Origin: Desulfotalea psychrophila LSv54
GTDB lineage: Bacteria > Desulfobacterota > Desulfobulbia > Desulfobulbales > Desulfocapsaceae
Reading direction: 5' to 3'
NCBI RefSeq assembly: GCF_000025945.1
Contig: NC_006138.1
Span: 2,370,001-2,402,000, forward strand
DNA length: 32,000 nt
Shown: positions 10,238-19,847 of the stretch, piece after piece
Layout of the letters: each line of letters starts with the position of its first letter
Position numbering within the stretch: the stretch's first letter is position 1
The notes under the pieces: generated by a model
Told to the model about the DNA's origin: nothing
The model's database searches: none
The model's input: the letters and a program-made list of their open reading frames with translations, nothing else
Made by a program: the position numbers and the translations under genes

Positions 10238-10399
10238 GATATTGCAATCTCTCCAGGGTTGATTTGCGCGGCTTTACTGCGAGATAACACGTTTCGTTAA
10301 ATTCGATATATTGTAACATTTTTATCTGTATGCTCTATTTGTTTCTTCACTATATAATTGCTTAGTGATTGATTCAATATAAGTATTGAACTGTAGAAT

Positions 10400-10680
10400 T
10401 TAGTGCCTGTTAGACGGCCCATAAATTTTTGGATTTACCTGTTTGAACGTTGTATTCGCGGTTACGGTCATGCTGCCCTGATAATGCTGTGCTGTCCCAA
10501 CTTTCCCTCGTTTTCTTGTCTACCCAAGACGTCAAGGTCATTGCTTCAGCGCCCCACTCTGGCCAAATTTTGGTTTTTCTCCTGCTAGCTACCATGACTC
10601 CTCCAATGCTCTATGTTATAAGAAAACATCATCGAGCAAAGTCAGTAACTTCTATTTATGCAATAAGGCCTCGATTAATC
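10400..10680 (-). mobile_element. heavily decayed Tn3-family tnpA 3-prime remnant (left, inverted copy)
   Basis: 10592-10670 is an inverted copy of 19769-19847, which lies in the right-hand Tn3 tnpA remnant. Continuing on the minus strand, the translation gives ENEGKLGQHSIIRAA, compared with ENQLGALGLVLNA in the right copy. It is broken by several stops, and I could not find a terminal inverted repeat. Confidence 0.35.
10592..10670. repeat. left arm of a 79-bp inverted repeat pair (partner 19769-19847)
   Basis: By-eye alignment to the reverse complement of 19769-19847 gives 11 mismatches in 79 bp. There is a perfect 30-bp core, tctatgttataagaaaacatcatcgagcaa. Confidence 0.85.
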
Positions 10681-10927
10681 CAAAACAGGGGTAGCGTCAT
10701 GCCTGAAACGGTGGGGATCTCTCAATGTTGTTTTTTCTGTTTTTTAGATCATATGCTATTAAAATTATTACAAAACATTCCTCGTTCAGGAAGGTGTATT
10801 TCTAGTTGACAATGTTAGAGAAGTTCGGTTAAGGTAGTTTTATTAGATACCTCCAAGGTAGATGATACGTATGATGGATAAAGTATCGTACAACACTCGT
10901 GCTAATGTAGCGCGGTACGATAGCAGA

Positions 10928-10959
10928 GAAACCCAAGGTTGGTTACCTTGGGTTTTTTT
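10928..10959 (+). terminator. orphan Rho-independent terminator
   Basis: aaacccaaggt / accttgggttt forms an 11-bp perfect stem with a 5-nt loop (tggtt), followed by a run of T residues up to 10959. No credible CDS lies upstream. Confidence 0.55.
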
Positions 10960-11174
10960 GTATTCTATCCGCTATATAGAGCTTACGTCAAACGTTGCAT
11001 TTTTCCGAGTCATGCTTTCGAAGAATTATTCCAAAAGAAGACTATTATCTACAGGATAGATGCACTCATTTTTCTGATCTTCTTCTTTCTATAATTGCTA
11101 ATTTTCATACGGAAATATTTATAACAGGACTAGGGGAGACTCTTTGCGTGATAACGATGGGGGGCAAATCGTTA

Positions 11175-11213
11175 TTGGCTTGAGGCTCCCTAAGGGAAAG
11201 CCAAGGTTTTTTT
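11175..11213 (+). terminator. second orphan intrinsic terminator
   Basis: ttggctt (11175-11181) pairs with aagccaa (11198-11204), and an inner tccc/ggga pair adds to the stem. It is followed by ggTTTTTTT (11207-11213). Confidence 0.4.
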
Positions 11214-11323
11214 AAGCGCCCCGATCGACTTTTTATGCATTTTGTTGGCCTTGTTGCATAAATTCTGAAGGAAGAAAATCAGTTTTCCTCTGTTCCACTC
11301 CATCTTAGCAAACAACCTCTTGA

Positions 11324-11551
11324 ACAGGCATTGCTCTTGCTCAAGGTCTTGATTACAGTGGACTTAGGCTTGACCGTTGTATTCGCGAAGGCTTAAATTA
11401 TCGTTCATCAACTGCTTGTAGTGATACATGGCAGAATTTAAATTTTCGAACGATGTTAAAGCGATTCAATTGCAAAACAATCGAGTTTTCCAAAAGTACT
11501 GAGCTGCATGATAAGGTAATTGGTACTTTTTTCGAACGAGAATTTTATTAA
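11324..11551 (+). mobile_element. IS1-family transposase C-terminal remnant
   Basis: Open frame with no start codon. It ends [38 protein letters not shown], compared with the E. coli IS1 InsB tail [27 protein letters not shown]. Only the last 40 or so codons are recognisable. Confidence 0.55.
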
Positions 11552-11751
11552 ATAACAAATTGGCATTACGACCTAAGTTGTTTATAGCTTATGCTTACCC
11601 CTCCCAAAAATAGTTTAATTACTACTTGCGAAGTGTAAACTTGCTTTTTCTTTTACGTTTTTTACAGAGCGATTTTACGAAGTCAGCACTTGTTATATGA
11701 ATTCAGGCATTAAAAAATTATCAAAATAATGAAAAAGGGAATTTGCATAAA

Positions 11752-12399
11752 ATGAATATTACCTACAGAGATGCTTCTGTTAATGACTTTAGCACTATTA
11801 TACAAATATTTGTAAAGAATATGTCCCACAGCGTATTTACTAAAGCAACTGATAAAGATGTCCTTAGCTGCATAGCAGCTATTCAGATGGCAGAAGAATT
11901 TCATATTGCAAGTTGTATCAAAATAGCTGAATGGGATGGAGAGATATGTGGTGTTTTGATAGGTGCAACTGATGCTAGTGTGCCACCAGCAGTTTCATTC
12001 GACTATAACGCAATGATAAGAGATGCCAACATAAAGTTAACGACCACGAGTGAAGGACAGATGGTTTTAACAGAAATGCTTTTACATAATAAAAACGTAA
12101 AATTTGAATCGGAATGTGAGGTGATATTAGACTGTGATGGAGAATTGATGTTTTTTGCTGTGAATCAAGAGTACCGGCGCTACAAGATAGGATCTTGCTT
12201 AGTGAAGAACTTTGAAGAGTTTCTTCAGAAATGTGGTAGCAAAAAATATTTCCTTCATACTGATAGTCAATCCACTTTTCAATATTATGAGAACAACGGG
12301 TTTGAATGTGTGTGGAAAAAACAAAGTATATTTAACTCATCCGTTGAGCATTATACATACGTAAAAGAATTAGGAGCATGTTGCGTTTCGAGGTCGTAA
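11752..12399 (+). CDS. GNAT-family N-acetyltransferase, 215 aa
   Basis: Acetyl-CoA binding block FFAVNQEYRRYKIGSCLV (the Q/R-x-x-G-x-G/A type) followed by YENNGFE. AAAGGGA lies 11 nt upstream of the ATG at 11752. The track's TTG at 11743 is too close to this RBS. The last 68 nt overlap the transposase remnant on the opposite strand. Confidence 0.7.
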   Translation: MNITYRDASVNDFSTIIQIFVKNMSHSVFTKATDKDVLSCIAAIQMAEEFHIASCIKIAEWDGEICGVLIGATDASVPPAVSFDYNAMIRDANIKLTTTSEGQMVLTEMLLHNKNVKFESECEVILDCDGELMFFAVNQEYRRYKIGSCLVKNFEEFLQKCGSKKYFLHTDSQSTFQYYENNGFECVWKKQSIFNSSVEHYTYVKELGACCVSRS

Positions 12400-12742
12400 C
12401 TTGGTAAAGGAATGTTTTATTGTTACTTGTTGGGGCCCGACGATTGGTTGGCCGCTTCTTAAATAAATTTGGTTTGAGTTGATGAAACTCTTTCAGCTTA
12501 TCCATGGGCGTTAAATGCTTCAATGCTTTTTGCGGGTGGCTATTATAAACGAGTTCGTATCGGTGCATTGTATCCTCAAGATCTTGTGCTGACTCGAAAG
12601 TAGTTCTTTTCAGAATGGCAGCAATGCGCCCATTGAAACGTTCAACCATTCCGTTTGATTGAGGATGCATTGGCTTTATAAGTCTATGCTCAATATTGTG
12701 GACGGTGCAATTTTGGTCAAAACCATGTTTACCTGTATGTAC
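12332..12742 (-). mobile_element. rve (DDE integrase-core) transposase C-terminal remnant, IS481-like
   Basis: The frame is open from 12742 (closed upstream by TAA). It reads ..FDQNCTVHNIEHRLIKPMHPQSNGMVERFNGRIAAILKRTTFES..LYNSHPQKAL..TP... This is the block that follows the catalytic E in rve transposases. The N-terminal two thirds, carrying the two catalytic D residues, are missing. Confidence 0.7.
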
Positions 12743-12978
12743 TTACGAATTCGGGGCGTTGTGGTTGCATTTGCATGTAGCTTATGGCAAAAATCACCTT
12801 TTGAAAGGAAGTTAATAAAATCCTGCATCCATGCATATGATTGCAACAACCTTTCACTACGGATGTCTAGGAAATCATCAGGGACCCAACAATTAGGTTT
12901 GAATAGGTTGACTAACTACGTACTTCTTTATTATTATCCCGTGATAAACACTCTATCGTCGTGGACTTGGTACTTCTC

Positions 12979-13995
12979 TCAAGATTCTTCAGGATAACAG
13001 CCACAAAGGCAGTTCGCAAGCTTGTCAGGCGTCAGTTGCCAGAAGTAGCACTGCAGATCGACGCTACATAGCGCCCTTTTGAATTCATCAAGATCATAAC
13101 GTCGACCGGTCAGCACTGCTTCCAATCCTTGCATATCATTTCCACAGGCACTATCACCACAAATCTTGATATTTTTGACAATCCCCCCCTTTACCATTAG
13201 GTCAAGGTCAATCCGGCAGTCATTCAACCGGGCGGTTCTGCGGATACGGCATTCAGGGGATTTGCCATAGTTCCATTCCCAGGCATGGTACTTTTCTTTG
13301 GACAGCAGGTGGATGTCTTTCCAGTCCTTGTCGGTCAGTTTCTTTTCCCGCATGCCGCCGTACGGCGCAAAAATAGAATCCTGTATACTGTTCTTGAAAG
13401 TGTCCATATCCATGTAGCCTACAAGGTGCTCGCAGATGTTTGTCACCCTGCTTCTGACGGATGGTACGCCCCTGGAGTCAGTTTGCTCCACTTTCCCCTT
13501 CAGGGCGCGAGCCAAGTCTTGCATCTCCACATCAAAAAGCAGTGTTCCGTGGCTGACTATGCTCTTTTTCGTTGAATATTGGGCCATTCCAGATATTTTC
13601 ATGCCGAAAGCGAAGATATTGTTTCTCTCGGAAAGTTCTGCCGGAACGCCCAGGCCCTGCAATGCCTTGATAACCGGCGCGGTGATTTTTTTGAAATTAA
13701 GTATGTTCGATTTTTCGTATTTGGTGATGAAACTAAAATTCAGATTCCCGTGGTCATGGTAGACGGCGCCACCTCCCGAAATCCTGCGAACGACATGAAT
13801 CTCCTTCTGTCTGACGAATGCGTGATCGATTTCCTGAAACGCATTCTGGCTTCTTCCTATTATGACAGCAGGCTCATTGATATACAATAGCAGGTAGTCA
13901 TGCTGCGGATCAAGATTCCTCAGGCAATATTCTTCGAAAGCCAGGTTGAGGCGCGGGTCGGTAATGCCGGAATTATCGATAAATAACATGGCCAT
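12979..13995 (-). CDS. lplA: lipoate-protein ligase A, 338 aa
   Basis: The N-terminus DPRLNLAFEEYCL...YINEPAVIIGRSQN...VVRRISGGGAVYHDHGNLNFSFI is the classic LplA pattern. ATG at 13993-13995. GC is 43-53% on three hand-counted lines, intermediate between the flanks and the upstream operon. Confidence 0.9.
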   Translation of the reverse strand: MAMLFIDNSGITDPRLNLAFEEYCLRNLDPQHDYLLLYINEPAVIIGRSQNAFQEIDHAFVRQKEIHVVRRISGGGAVYHDHGNLNFSFITKYEKSNILNFKKITAPVIKALQGLGVPAELSERNNIFAFGMKISGMAQYSTKKSIVSHGTLLFDVEMQDLARALKGKVEQTDSRGVPSVRSRVTNICEHLVGYMDMDTFKNSIQDSIFAPYGGMREKKLTDKDWKDIHLLSKEKYHAWEWNYGKSPECRIRRTARLNDCRIDLDLMVKGGIVKNIKICGDSACGNDMQGLEAVLTGRRYDLDEFKRALCSVDLQCYFWQLTPDKLANCLCGCYPEES

Positions 13996-14078
13996 CCTTG
14001 ACCTCTGCTGTTGAAACCTGAAAACAGGCTATGGATCGGTTACGGGCATTGGCAAGGTGCAGGCCGGCCTGCCAAACC

Positions 14079-14324
14079 TCAGTCGATGCGGGCAGCGAGG
14101 TAGCCGATGAGGTCGTTTAGGGTAATGATCTGTCCATAGTCCTCCTCTGGAATTTCCACCCCGAGTTCTTCATAGAGCTTGACGAAAAAAGTGAGGACAT
14201 CAAAAGAGTCGATGTCGAGGGCATCCTGCATGTTCTCGTCGGCAGCCAACCCATCTAAATCGGCTTCGGGGGTGATTGGTTGCAGGGCCCGGAGGATGGT
14301 CTCTTTGATTTGCTCTTTTCTCAT
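14079..14324 (-). CDS. acyl carrier protein, 81 aa
   Basis: [11 protein letters not shown]...[28 protein letters not shown]...LNDLIGYL has the D-S-F/L-D phosphopantetheine attachment motif and the acidic helix II of an ACP. Its ATG overlaps the E2 stop (ATGA at 14321-14324). The 46 Pro/Arg-rich codons upstream in the track ORF are read-through of the E2 3-prime end in another frame. Confidence 0.85.
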   Translation of the reverse strand: MRKEQIKETILRALQPITPEADLDGLAADENMQDALDIDSFDVLTFFVKLYEELGVEIPEEDYGQIITLNDLIGYLAARID

Positions 14325-15514
14325 AACTCTTCCGGTTTTTGCAGGTGGTGGTTGAGGGCTTCCAGAAACTGGGCCCCGCGATGGCCGTCGGTGGCACGGT
14401 GGTCTGCGGCCAGAGTGGCTGTCAGGATGGGACGAATGCCGAGCATACCGTCCTTGGCCCAAGGCTGCTCCAGGATTTTACCGAACCCGACCAGCGCTAC
14501 TTGGGGGGGATAGATGACGCCATGAACCACCTCAACCCCCAGGTCCCCCAGGTTTGTTATGGTAACGGTAGCATCGGTCAGCTCCGAGCTGCGCAGGTGA
14601 CCGCTGCGGGTGCGGGTAATCAGGTCGGACAAGGTTTCCATCAGCTCGGGCAGGCTCTTGAGGTTGGCATGGTGAATGGCCGGTGCCACCAGGCCGCCCT
14701 GCCGAAGCGAGATAACGAAGCCGATATGCACCGCTTCCTCGGGCTGTTGGCGATTGTCGAGCCAATAACCGTTGAGTTCCGGCACCTTTGCCAGGGCCAG
14801 GGCGGTGGCTTTGATCAGCGGCACCACAGGCAATACCCGCTCCTTGATAGAACGTTTCTTGTTCTCTGCCTCCAGCCAGCGCAGGGTATTGCTCATATCG
14901 ATGCGGCTGGCCAGATAGTAATGAGGAATTTCCCGGTTGGACCGGGCCATTGCGGTTGCAATGGCCTGCCGCATGGCGGCCCCTGGCGTAGATGGCACCG
15001 ATTGGGCTGCGGCCTTTTCCGCCGCTGCGGCACGTTCAATGTCGATGCCGGTGATGGCGCCGCCCTGCCCTGTGCCCTGGACTGTGCTCAGTTCAACGTC
15101 CAGTTCAGCAAGCAGCTTGCGCGCCCGGGGCGAAATCCTCAGCCTTTTGCCCGCTGCAGTGACCACAGCCGGAGGCGGCTCTGCCGCCGGTTCCTCACGG
15201 TGCGCCGCGATCAGGCAGGCCTTGTACTTGAACACCGGTTCCGGCAACGCTTCTTCCCTCAGCTCCCTGCCCTGCTCTCCGTTCCCCTGGATGGTCGCCA
15301 GCACAGTGCCCACGGGAACATTCTCGCCCCGCTGGACCAGGATCTGCTCGATGACGCCGTCGGTAAACACCTCGATCTCGATCACCCCTTTTGCGGTTTC
15401 CACCTCGGCAATGATATCGCCACGTTTGACCTGATCGCCCAGCTTGACCTTCCATTCGACCAGCCGCCCCTCTTTCATGTCGGCACCCAGGCTGGGCATG
15501 CGGAACTCAGTCAT
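14321..15514 (-). CDS. 2-oxoacid dehydrogenase E2 (dihydrolipoamide acyltransferase), 397 aa
   Basis: Lipoyl domain [23 protein letters not shown]...[10 protein letters not shown]3-binding-like segment [34 protein letters not shown], and catalytic domain ending [19 protein letters not shown] (DHRxxDG). The start at 15512-15514 overlaps the E1beta stop by 8 nt (ATGACTGA). The track ORF extends 66 codons further upstream. Confidence 0.9.
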   Translation of the reverse strand: MTEFRMPSLGADMKEGRLVEWKVKLGDQVKRGDIIAEVETAKGVIEIEVFTDGVIEQILVQRGENVPVGTVLATIQGNGEQGRELREEALPEPVFKYKACLIAAHREEPAAEPPPAVVTAAGKRLRISPRARKLLAELDVELSTVQGTGQGGAITGIDIERAAAAEKAAAQSVPSTPGAAMRQAIATAMARSNREIPHYYLASRIDMSNTLRWLEAENKKRSIKERVLPVVPLIKATALALAKVPELNGYWLDNRQQPEEAVHIGFVISLRQGGLVAPAIHHANLKSLPELMETLSDLITRTRSGHLRSSELTDATVTITNLGDLGVEVVHGVIYPPQVALVGFGKILEQPWAKDGMLGIRPILTATLAADHRATDGHRGAQFLEALNHHLQKPEEL

Positions 15515-16505
15515 TGGAAGCCACCATTCTTTTTGCGGTTGTGACGATGGTCTCAGCCTGCGGCATCGCCGCGTCTTCAAGGTGTTTGGCGTAGGGCATG
15601 GGGACCTCGGCGCCACAGATCCTCTCGACGGGGACATCCAGATCGTAAAAGGCACCTTCCATGATACGTGCACTGATCTCTGCGGAAATTCCCCCGCTAC
15701 GCCAGCCTTCATCGACGATCAGTGCCCGGTGCGTAGTTGCGATGGAGGAGAGGAAAGTCTCCTCATCCAGCGGCCGCAGGGTCCGCAGGTCTATCACTTC
15801 CGCCTCGATGCCTTCGCCGGCGAGTGCTTCGGCCGCCTCCAGAGCCTTGAACAGGCTGGCGCCGTAGGTGATGATCGTCAGGTCACGGCCTCGTCGGCGT
15901 ATCAGGGCCCTGTCAATGTCCACGGCTCCTGCGTCTGCCGCCAGCGGCCCCTCCATGTTCAGCAACCCCTGGTGTTCAAAGATGAGCACCGGATCGGGGT
16001 CTTCCAGGGCGGTCCAGAGCATGCCTCGCGCATCCTCCAGGGTTGCCGGGGTCAACACCTTGATGCCGGGAACATGGGCATACCACCCCTCCAGGCTGTG
16101 AGAGTGCTGGGCCGCCAGCTGCTTGCCGCCGCCGGTGGACATGCGGATAACCAGAGGAACATTGAACAGCCCGCCCGACATATGCAGAAATGTTGCGGCA
16201 TTGTTGATGATCTGATCGGCTGCCAAAAGGCTGAAATTGACCGTCATAATTTCCACGATGGGACGCATGCCGCCAAGGGCAGCCCCAATGCCGGCCCCGG
16301 TGAAGGCCGACTCCGACAGGGGCGTGTCGATGATCCGCTCCGGGCCGAACTCTTCGAGCAGCCCTTTACTGACTGCAAAGCAGCCACCGTACCGGCCGAC
16401 ATCCTCCCCCAAAAGAAACACTCTTTTGTCCCGTTGCATCGCTTCGCGCATCGCTGCCCGCACAGCTTCCCGATACGTGGTCTGAATCATGTTTTTTTCG
16501 CTCAT
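15507..16505 (-). CDS. 2-oxoacid (pyruvate/acetoin-type) dehydrogenase E1 beta subunit, 332 aa
   Basis: [63 protein letters not shown] is the typical transketolase-like pyrimidine-binding domain of E1beta. ATGA overlap with E1alpha at 16502-16505. Confidence 0.92.
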   Translation of the reverse strand: MSEKNMIQTTYREAVRAAMREAMQRDKRVFLLGEDVGRYGGCFAVSKGLLEEFGPERIIDTPLSESAFTGAGIGAALGGMRPIVEIMTVNFSLLAADQIINNAATFLHMSGGLFNVPLVIRMSTGGGKQLAAQHSHSLEGWYAHVPGIKVLTPATLEDARGMLWTALEDPDPVLIFEHQGLLNMEGPLAADAGAVDIDRALIRRRGRDLTIITYGASLFKALEAAEALAGEGIEAEVIDLRTLRPLDEETFLSSIATTHRALIVDEGWRSGGISAEISARIMEGAFYDLDVPVERICGAEVPMPYAKHLEDAAMPQAETIVTTAKRMVASND

Positions 16506-17509
16506 GTCGTCCCCCTTTCCGAATAAACAAAGCGCGTTAGATCCTCCACCGGCTCCCAGGTACCGTTTTCGGCAAAAGCCACCGCCTCTTCAATTTCCCT
16601 GGCAACTTGCCGCTCCAGTTTCTCCATGTCGCCATCGCTTAGCAGATCCTGCTTCTTGAGGCGTTTGACGAAGGAATCGATGGGGCAACGTTTCTTCCAC
16701 TTGTCGACCTCGGCCTTGGACCGATAGAGTTCCGGATCAAACATCGAATGGGCCCGGAAACGGTAGGTGCGGCACTCCAGAAAGTACGGTTTTTGTCCCG
16801 AGCGCACAGCGTTCACAGCTTCATTGGCCGCCGCCTCAACGGCAAGTACATCCATGCCATCCACGGCTGAGGCGGCAATGCGGTAGCTGACCGCCTTACG
16901 GGTCAGATCGGTGACCGACTGCGACCGCTCCAAGGCGGTGCCCATGGCATAAAGATTGTTCTCACAGATAAAAAGGACCGGGAGGTTCCAGAGGGCGGCC
17001 AGGTTCATCGATTCGTGAAACTCCCCTTCGGAGACGGCTCCGTCACCGAAGAAACAGCAGGTGACACGCTTTTTGCCCTGCATCTTGTCAGCCAGGGCCA
17101 ATCCCACCGCCAGTGGCAAGCCGCCGCCGACGATGGCGTTACCGCCGTAGAACCGGGTCTTGTCGTCAAATATGTGCATCGACCCGCCTCGCCCCCGGCT
17201 GCAACCCTCCTGTTTGCCGTACATTTCCGCCATGATGGCGCCGGCGGATATGCCACGGGCCAAGGCGTTGCCGTGTTCGCGGTAGGTGCCCACTGAGGCA
17301 TCCTCCGGTTCAAGCGCCGCGCTCACGCCAGCGGCCACCGCCTCTTCACCAATATAGAGATGCAGAAAGCCGCGGATCTTCATCTTGGTGTAGAGTTCAG
17401 CAGCCTTCTCTTCAAAACGCCGTATGCGCACCATCTGATACAGCAGCTGTCGCGCATGCGCAGGATCAACCCCGGCCCCTGCCGAGCCGCTTGTCGCTTT
17501 TACCTTCAT
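16502..17509 (-). CDS. 2-oxoacid (pyruvate/acetoin-type) dehydrogenase E1 alpha subunit, 335 aa
   Basis: [27 protein letters not shown]...YREHG... followed by the TPP motif [35 protein letters not shown] overlap with the upstream synthetase at 17506-17509. Confidence 0.92.
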   Translation of the reverse strand: MKVKATSGSAGAGVDPAHARQLLYQMVRIRRFEEKAAELYTKMKIRGFLHLYIGEEAVAAGVSAALEPEDASVGTYREHGNALARGISAGAIMAEMYGKQEGCSRGRGGSMHIFDDKTRFYGGNAIVGGGLPLAVGLALADKMQGKKRVTCCFFGDGAVSEGEFHESMNLAALWNLPVLFICENNLYAMGTALERSQSVTDLTRKAVSYRIAASAVDGMDVLAVEAAANEAVNAVRSGQKPYFLECRTYRFRAHSMFDPELYRSKAEVDKWKKRCPIDSFVKRLKKQDLLSDGDMEKLERQVAREIEEAVAFAENGTWEPVEDLTRFVYSERGTT

Positions 17510-19281
17510 TCGTCTACCTCCAGTGTCGATGTGTCGCCCTCGGCGAGCCCCAGCTCACGCGCCTTGAGTAGCCGCCGCATGATTTTGCCGCTGCGGGTCT
17601 TGGGCAGATTGTCACGAAATTCAATCTCTTTCGGAGCCACCGCCGAGCCAAGCTTCTTGCGTGCGAAGCCGATGAGTTCCAGACGCAACTCTTCGCTGGG
17701 TTCTGTGCCCGGCTTAAGGGTGACGAAGGCCTTGACCAACTCACCGATCAATGCTTCGGGCTTGCCGATGACGCCTGCCTCAGTCACCGCCGGATGCTCC
17801 AGCAGCGCGCTTTCGACTTCGAACGGCCCGACCATATGGCCCGAGGTTTTGATAATGTCATCGGCACGGCCGACAAACCAGAAATAGCCGTCCGCATCGC
17901 GATAAGCCAGATCACCGGTTATGTACCAGTCGCCGACAAAGCATTTGCGGTAGCGCTGCTCCTCATGAAGATAAGCACGGAACATGGAGGGCCAGCCGGG
18001 CCGTAAGGCCAGTTCGCCCTGGGTGCCCGGTTCGGTAACTGCTTCGGCCCTTTCCCCGGTGCCGCGCCGCACGATCGCCGCCTCGATCCCCGGCAGCGGT
18101 AAGCCCATAGAACCAGGGCGGATGTCTACGGCTGGGTAATTGGCGATCATAATGCCGCCTGTTTCGGTCTGCCACCAGTTGTCATGGATTGGTAGGCCCA
18201 GACTTTGCTGTCCCCAGGATACGGCTTCGGGGTTGAGCGGTTCACCAACGCTATGAATGCAGCGCAGGTGGCTCAGATCATACTGTTTGGTGGGATCGAT
18301 GGCCAGGCGCATCAGTCGCCGAATGGCTGTGGGGGCTGTGTACCAGATATTTACCTGCTGCTCCTCCAGCAGCTGGTACCAGCGCTTGGCATCGAACTCT
18401 GCTTCGTCGATGATGTTGGTTACGCCGTGAACGAGAGGGGCGATAATGCCGTAGGAGGTGCCGGTGACCCAGCCGGGGTCGGCGGTGCACCAGAAAACAT
18501 CTCCGGGGTGAAAATCGAGTACGTACTTACCGGTCAGGTAGTGGGTAAGCACCGCATTGTGTACATGAACAGCACCCTTCGGCATCCCCGTGGTACCACT
18601 GGTAAAATGGACAATCGCCATATCCTCCGGGTCAGTCGGTGGAATGATAAACGCGTCCGCAGCCTCTTCCATACGTCTGGGCAGCGACCAGAGGCCTTCA
18701 CCGATATCTTGCGCCGCATCGATGAGCAGGATATGTTTTAGCTGCGGCAGTCGCTCGCGCAGAGCGGCGACTTTCTGTTTATAGAGCCGCTCGGTGGTCA
18801 CCAGGACCTTGGCATCGCCCTTGCTCAGGCGTTGATAGATTGGCTCCGAGCCAAAAGCGGAAAACAGTGGACAGAAGACGCTGCCGTTCTTCCAGGTGCC
18901 AAAGGCAGAGAAATATAGCTCGGGCACCCGCCCTGCCAGGGTGAACACCCGCTCTCCCCTGCCGATATCCAGTTCCCTGAGCACGTTGGCAAAACGGTTG
19001 CTCTGTCTCTTCAGGTCTGAGTAGCTGAAGTCACGAACGCCGCCGTCCTTGCCCAGCCAGCGTATGGCCAGACGGTCACCCCGCGGGCCATTGGCATGAC
19101 GGTCTACAGCCTCATGGGCGATGTTCAAACCCTTGTTTTCCGGTAGTCCGTCCAATTCCCGACGGGCTGTTGCCCATGAAAACTGGTCACAGGTTTTGCC
19201 ATAGTCCAAGAGGTTCGGTTGCACTGCCCAGGAATTGGCAGCCTTTGTGATCGCTTTGCAAGGCCCGGAATCATCTTTCAT
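17506..19281 (-). CDS. AMP-forming acetyl/acyl-CoA synthetase (Bacillus AcsA-like), about 591 aa
   Basis: AMP-binding motif [23 protein letters not shown]-like [12 protein letters not shown]-terminal RSGKIMRR. The N-terminus resembles short AcsA-type enzymes ([11 protein letters not shown]). I prefer the ATG at 19279-19281, preceded by GAGGTG. The track starts at a GTG two codons earlier (19287). Confidence 0.85.
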   Translation of the reverse strand: MKDDSGPCKAITKAANSWAVQPNLLDYGKTCDQFSWATARRELDGLPENKGLNIAHEAVDRHANGPRGDRLAIRWLGKDGGVRDFSYSDLKRQSNRFANVLRELDIGRGERVFTLAGRVPELYFSAFGTWKNGSVFCPLFSAFGSEPIYQRLSKGDAKVLVTTERLYKQKVAALRERLPQLKHILLIDAAQDIGEGLWSLPRRMEEAADAFIIPPTDPEDMAIVHFTSGTTGMPKGAVHVHNAVLTHYLTGKYVLDFHPGDVFWCTADPGWVTGTSYGIIAPLVHGVTNIIDEAEFDAKRWYQLLEEQQVNIWYTAPTAIRRLMRLAIDPTKQYDLSHLRCIHSVGEPLNPEAVSWGQQSLGLPIHDNWWQTETGGIMIANYPAVDIRPGSMGLPLPGIEAAIVRRGTGERAEAVTEPGTQGELALRPGWPSMFRAYLHEEQRYRKCFVGDWYITGDLAYRDADGYFWFVGRADDIIKTSGHMVGPFEVESALLEHPAVTEAGVIGKPEALIGELVKAFVTLKPGTEPSEELRLELIGFARKKLGSAVAPKEIEFRDNLPKTRSGKIMRRLLKARELGLAEGDTSTLEVDE

Positions 19282-19768
19282 CTTCACCTCTGTCTGCCGG
19301 TATCACTGGAATCAATCAATAGTTGCCAGCTTCTTTTCAGTTCATCTGGGCTTTTAGCATTTTCGACAGCCGCCGAAACAATTGTTGTTCATTTCGGTTA
19401 TGATGCAGATAATCTGGCAAGCCGTTTGGCTCTGGTTCCTCTGTCAATTATACAAACGCAGGTGCTGGCGGTTAGCCTGGCTGCATAATGTCTTAAACGT
19501 GCACCATATCAGAAGCTCAGACCTCTCAAATAAGCCTCTGACTATAGGTCGGAAATTGTGAAAAGGTTGTGTTGAGCCATGAAGTTGTAGCCGGTTTTAT
19601 GATAAATCGGGTCGTGCTTGACACTGCCTTTATATTATATATCTGTATGGCAGAAACATTTGCACTCCATACCAATGTTTAATGTTCGCATTTTCCCTGG
19701 TTCATATCAAGAAAAAGGCGACAAAAAGAATTTCAAGGATTCATTCGTGTCCATTGACAGTTGCTACC

Positions 19769-19847
19769 GGCCTTGTTGCACAAATAGAATTTGCTAGCAT
19801 TGCTCGATGATGTTTTCTTATAACATAGATTATTGGAAGAGTTATGG
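19769..19847. repeat. right arm of the 79-bp inverted repeat pair (partner 10592-10670)
   Basis: See the entry for 10592-10670. About 86% identity by eye, with a perfect 30-bp core. Confidence 0.85.

Noticed and set aside
10255-10301. Possible left-hand Tn3 inverted repeat (agggttgatttgcgcgg...cgtttcgttaa) upstream of nhaR
   Set aside because: It shares only the GGG tip and the GTTAA end with the right inverted repeat. The spacing is about 8 nt too long, and internal identity is poor. It lies in the nhaR promoter and 5-prime region.
12659-12997. 112-aa plus-strand ORF between the transposase remnant and lplA (also 10450..10809, 10862..11059, 10995..11183, 26864..27145 and 27126..27332)
   Set aside because: None has an RBS or recognisable motifs. 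Their composition matches AT-rich non-coding sequence, and several overlap transposase remnants in other frames.
14325-14462. 46-codon N-terminal extension of the ACP ORF (and the 66-codon extension of the E2 ORF at 15515..15712)
   Set aside because: The extensions are Pro/Arg/Ser-rich and overlap the 3-prime ends of the upstream genes in another frame. Internal ATGs give canonical domain starts and form ATGA or ATGACTGA overlaps with the upstream stops.
14339-18741. Long plus-strand ORFs (14339..15544, 15444..16526, 17360..17887, 18205..18741 and others) across the GC-rich operon
   Set aside because: Their products are Arg/Pro/Gly/Ala-rich and have no motifs. They lie antisense to genes with unambiguous E1, E2 and AMP-ligase motifs. 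Such open antisense frames are expected at about 65% GC.
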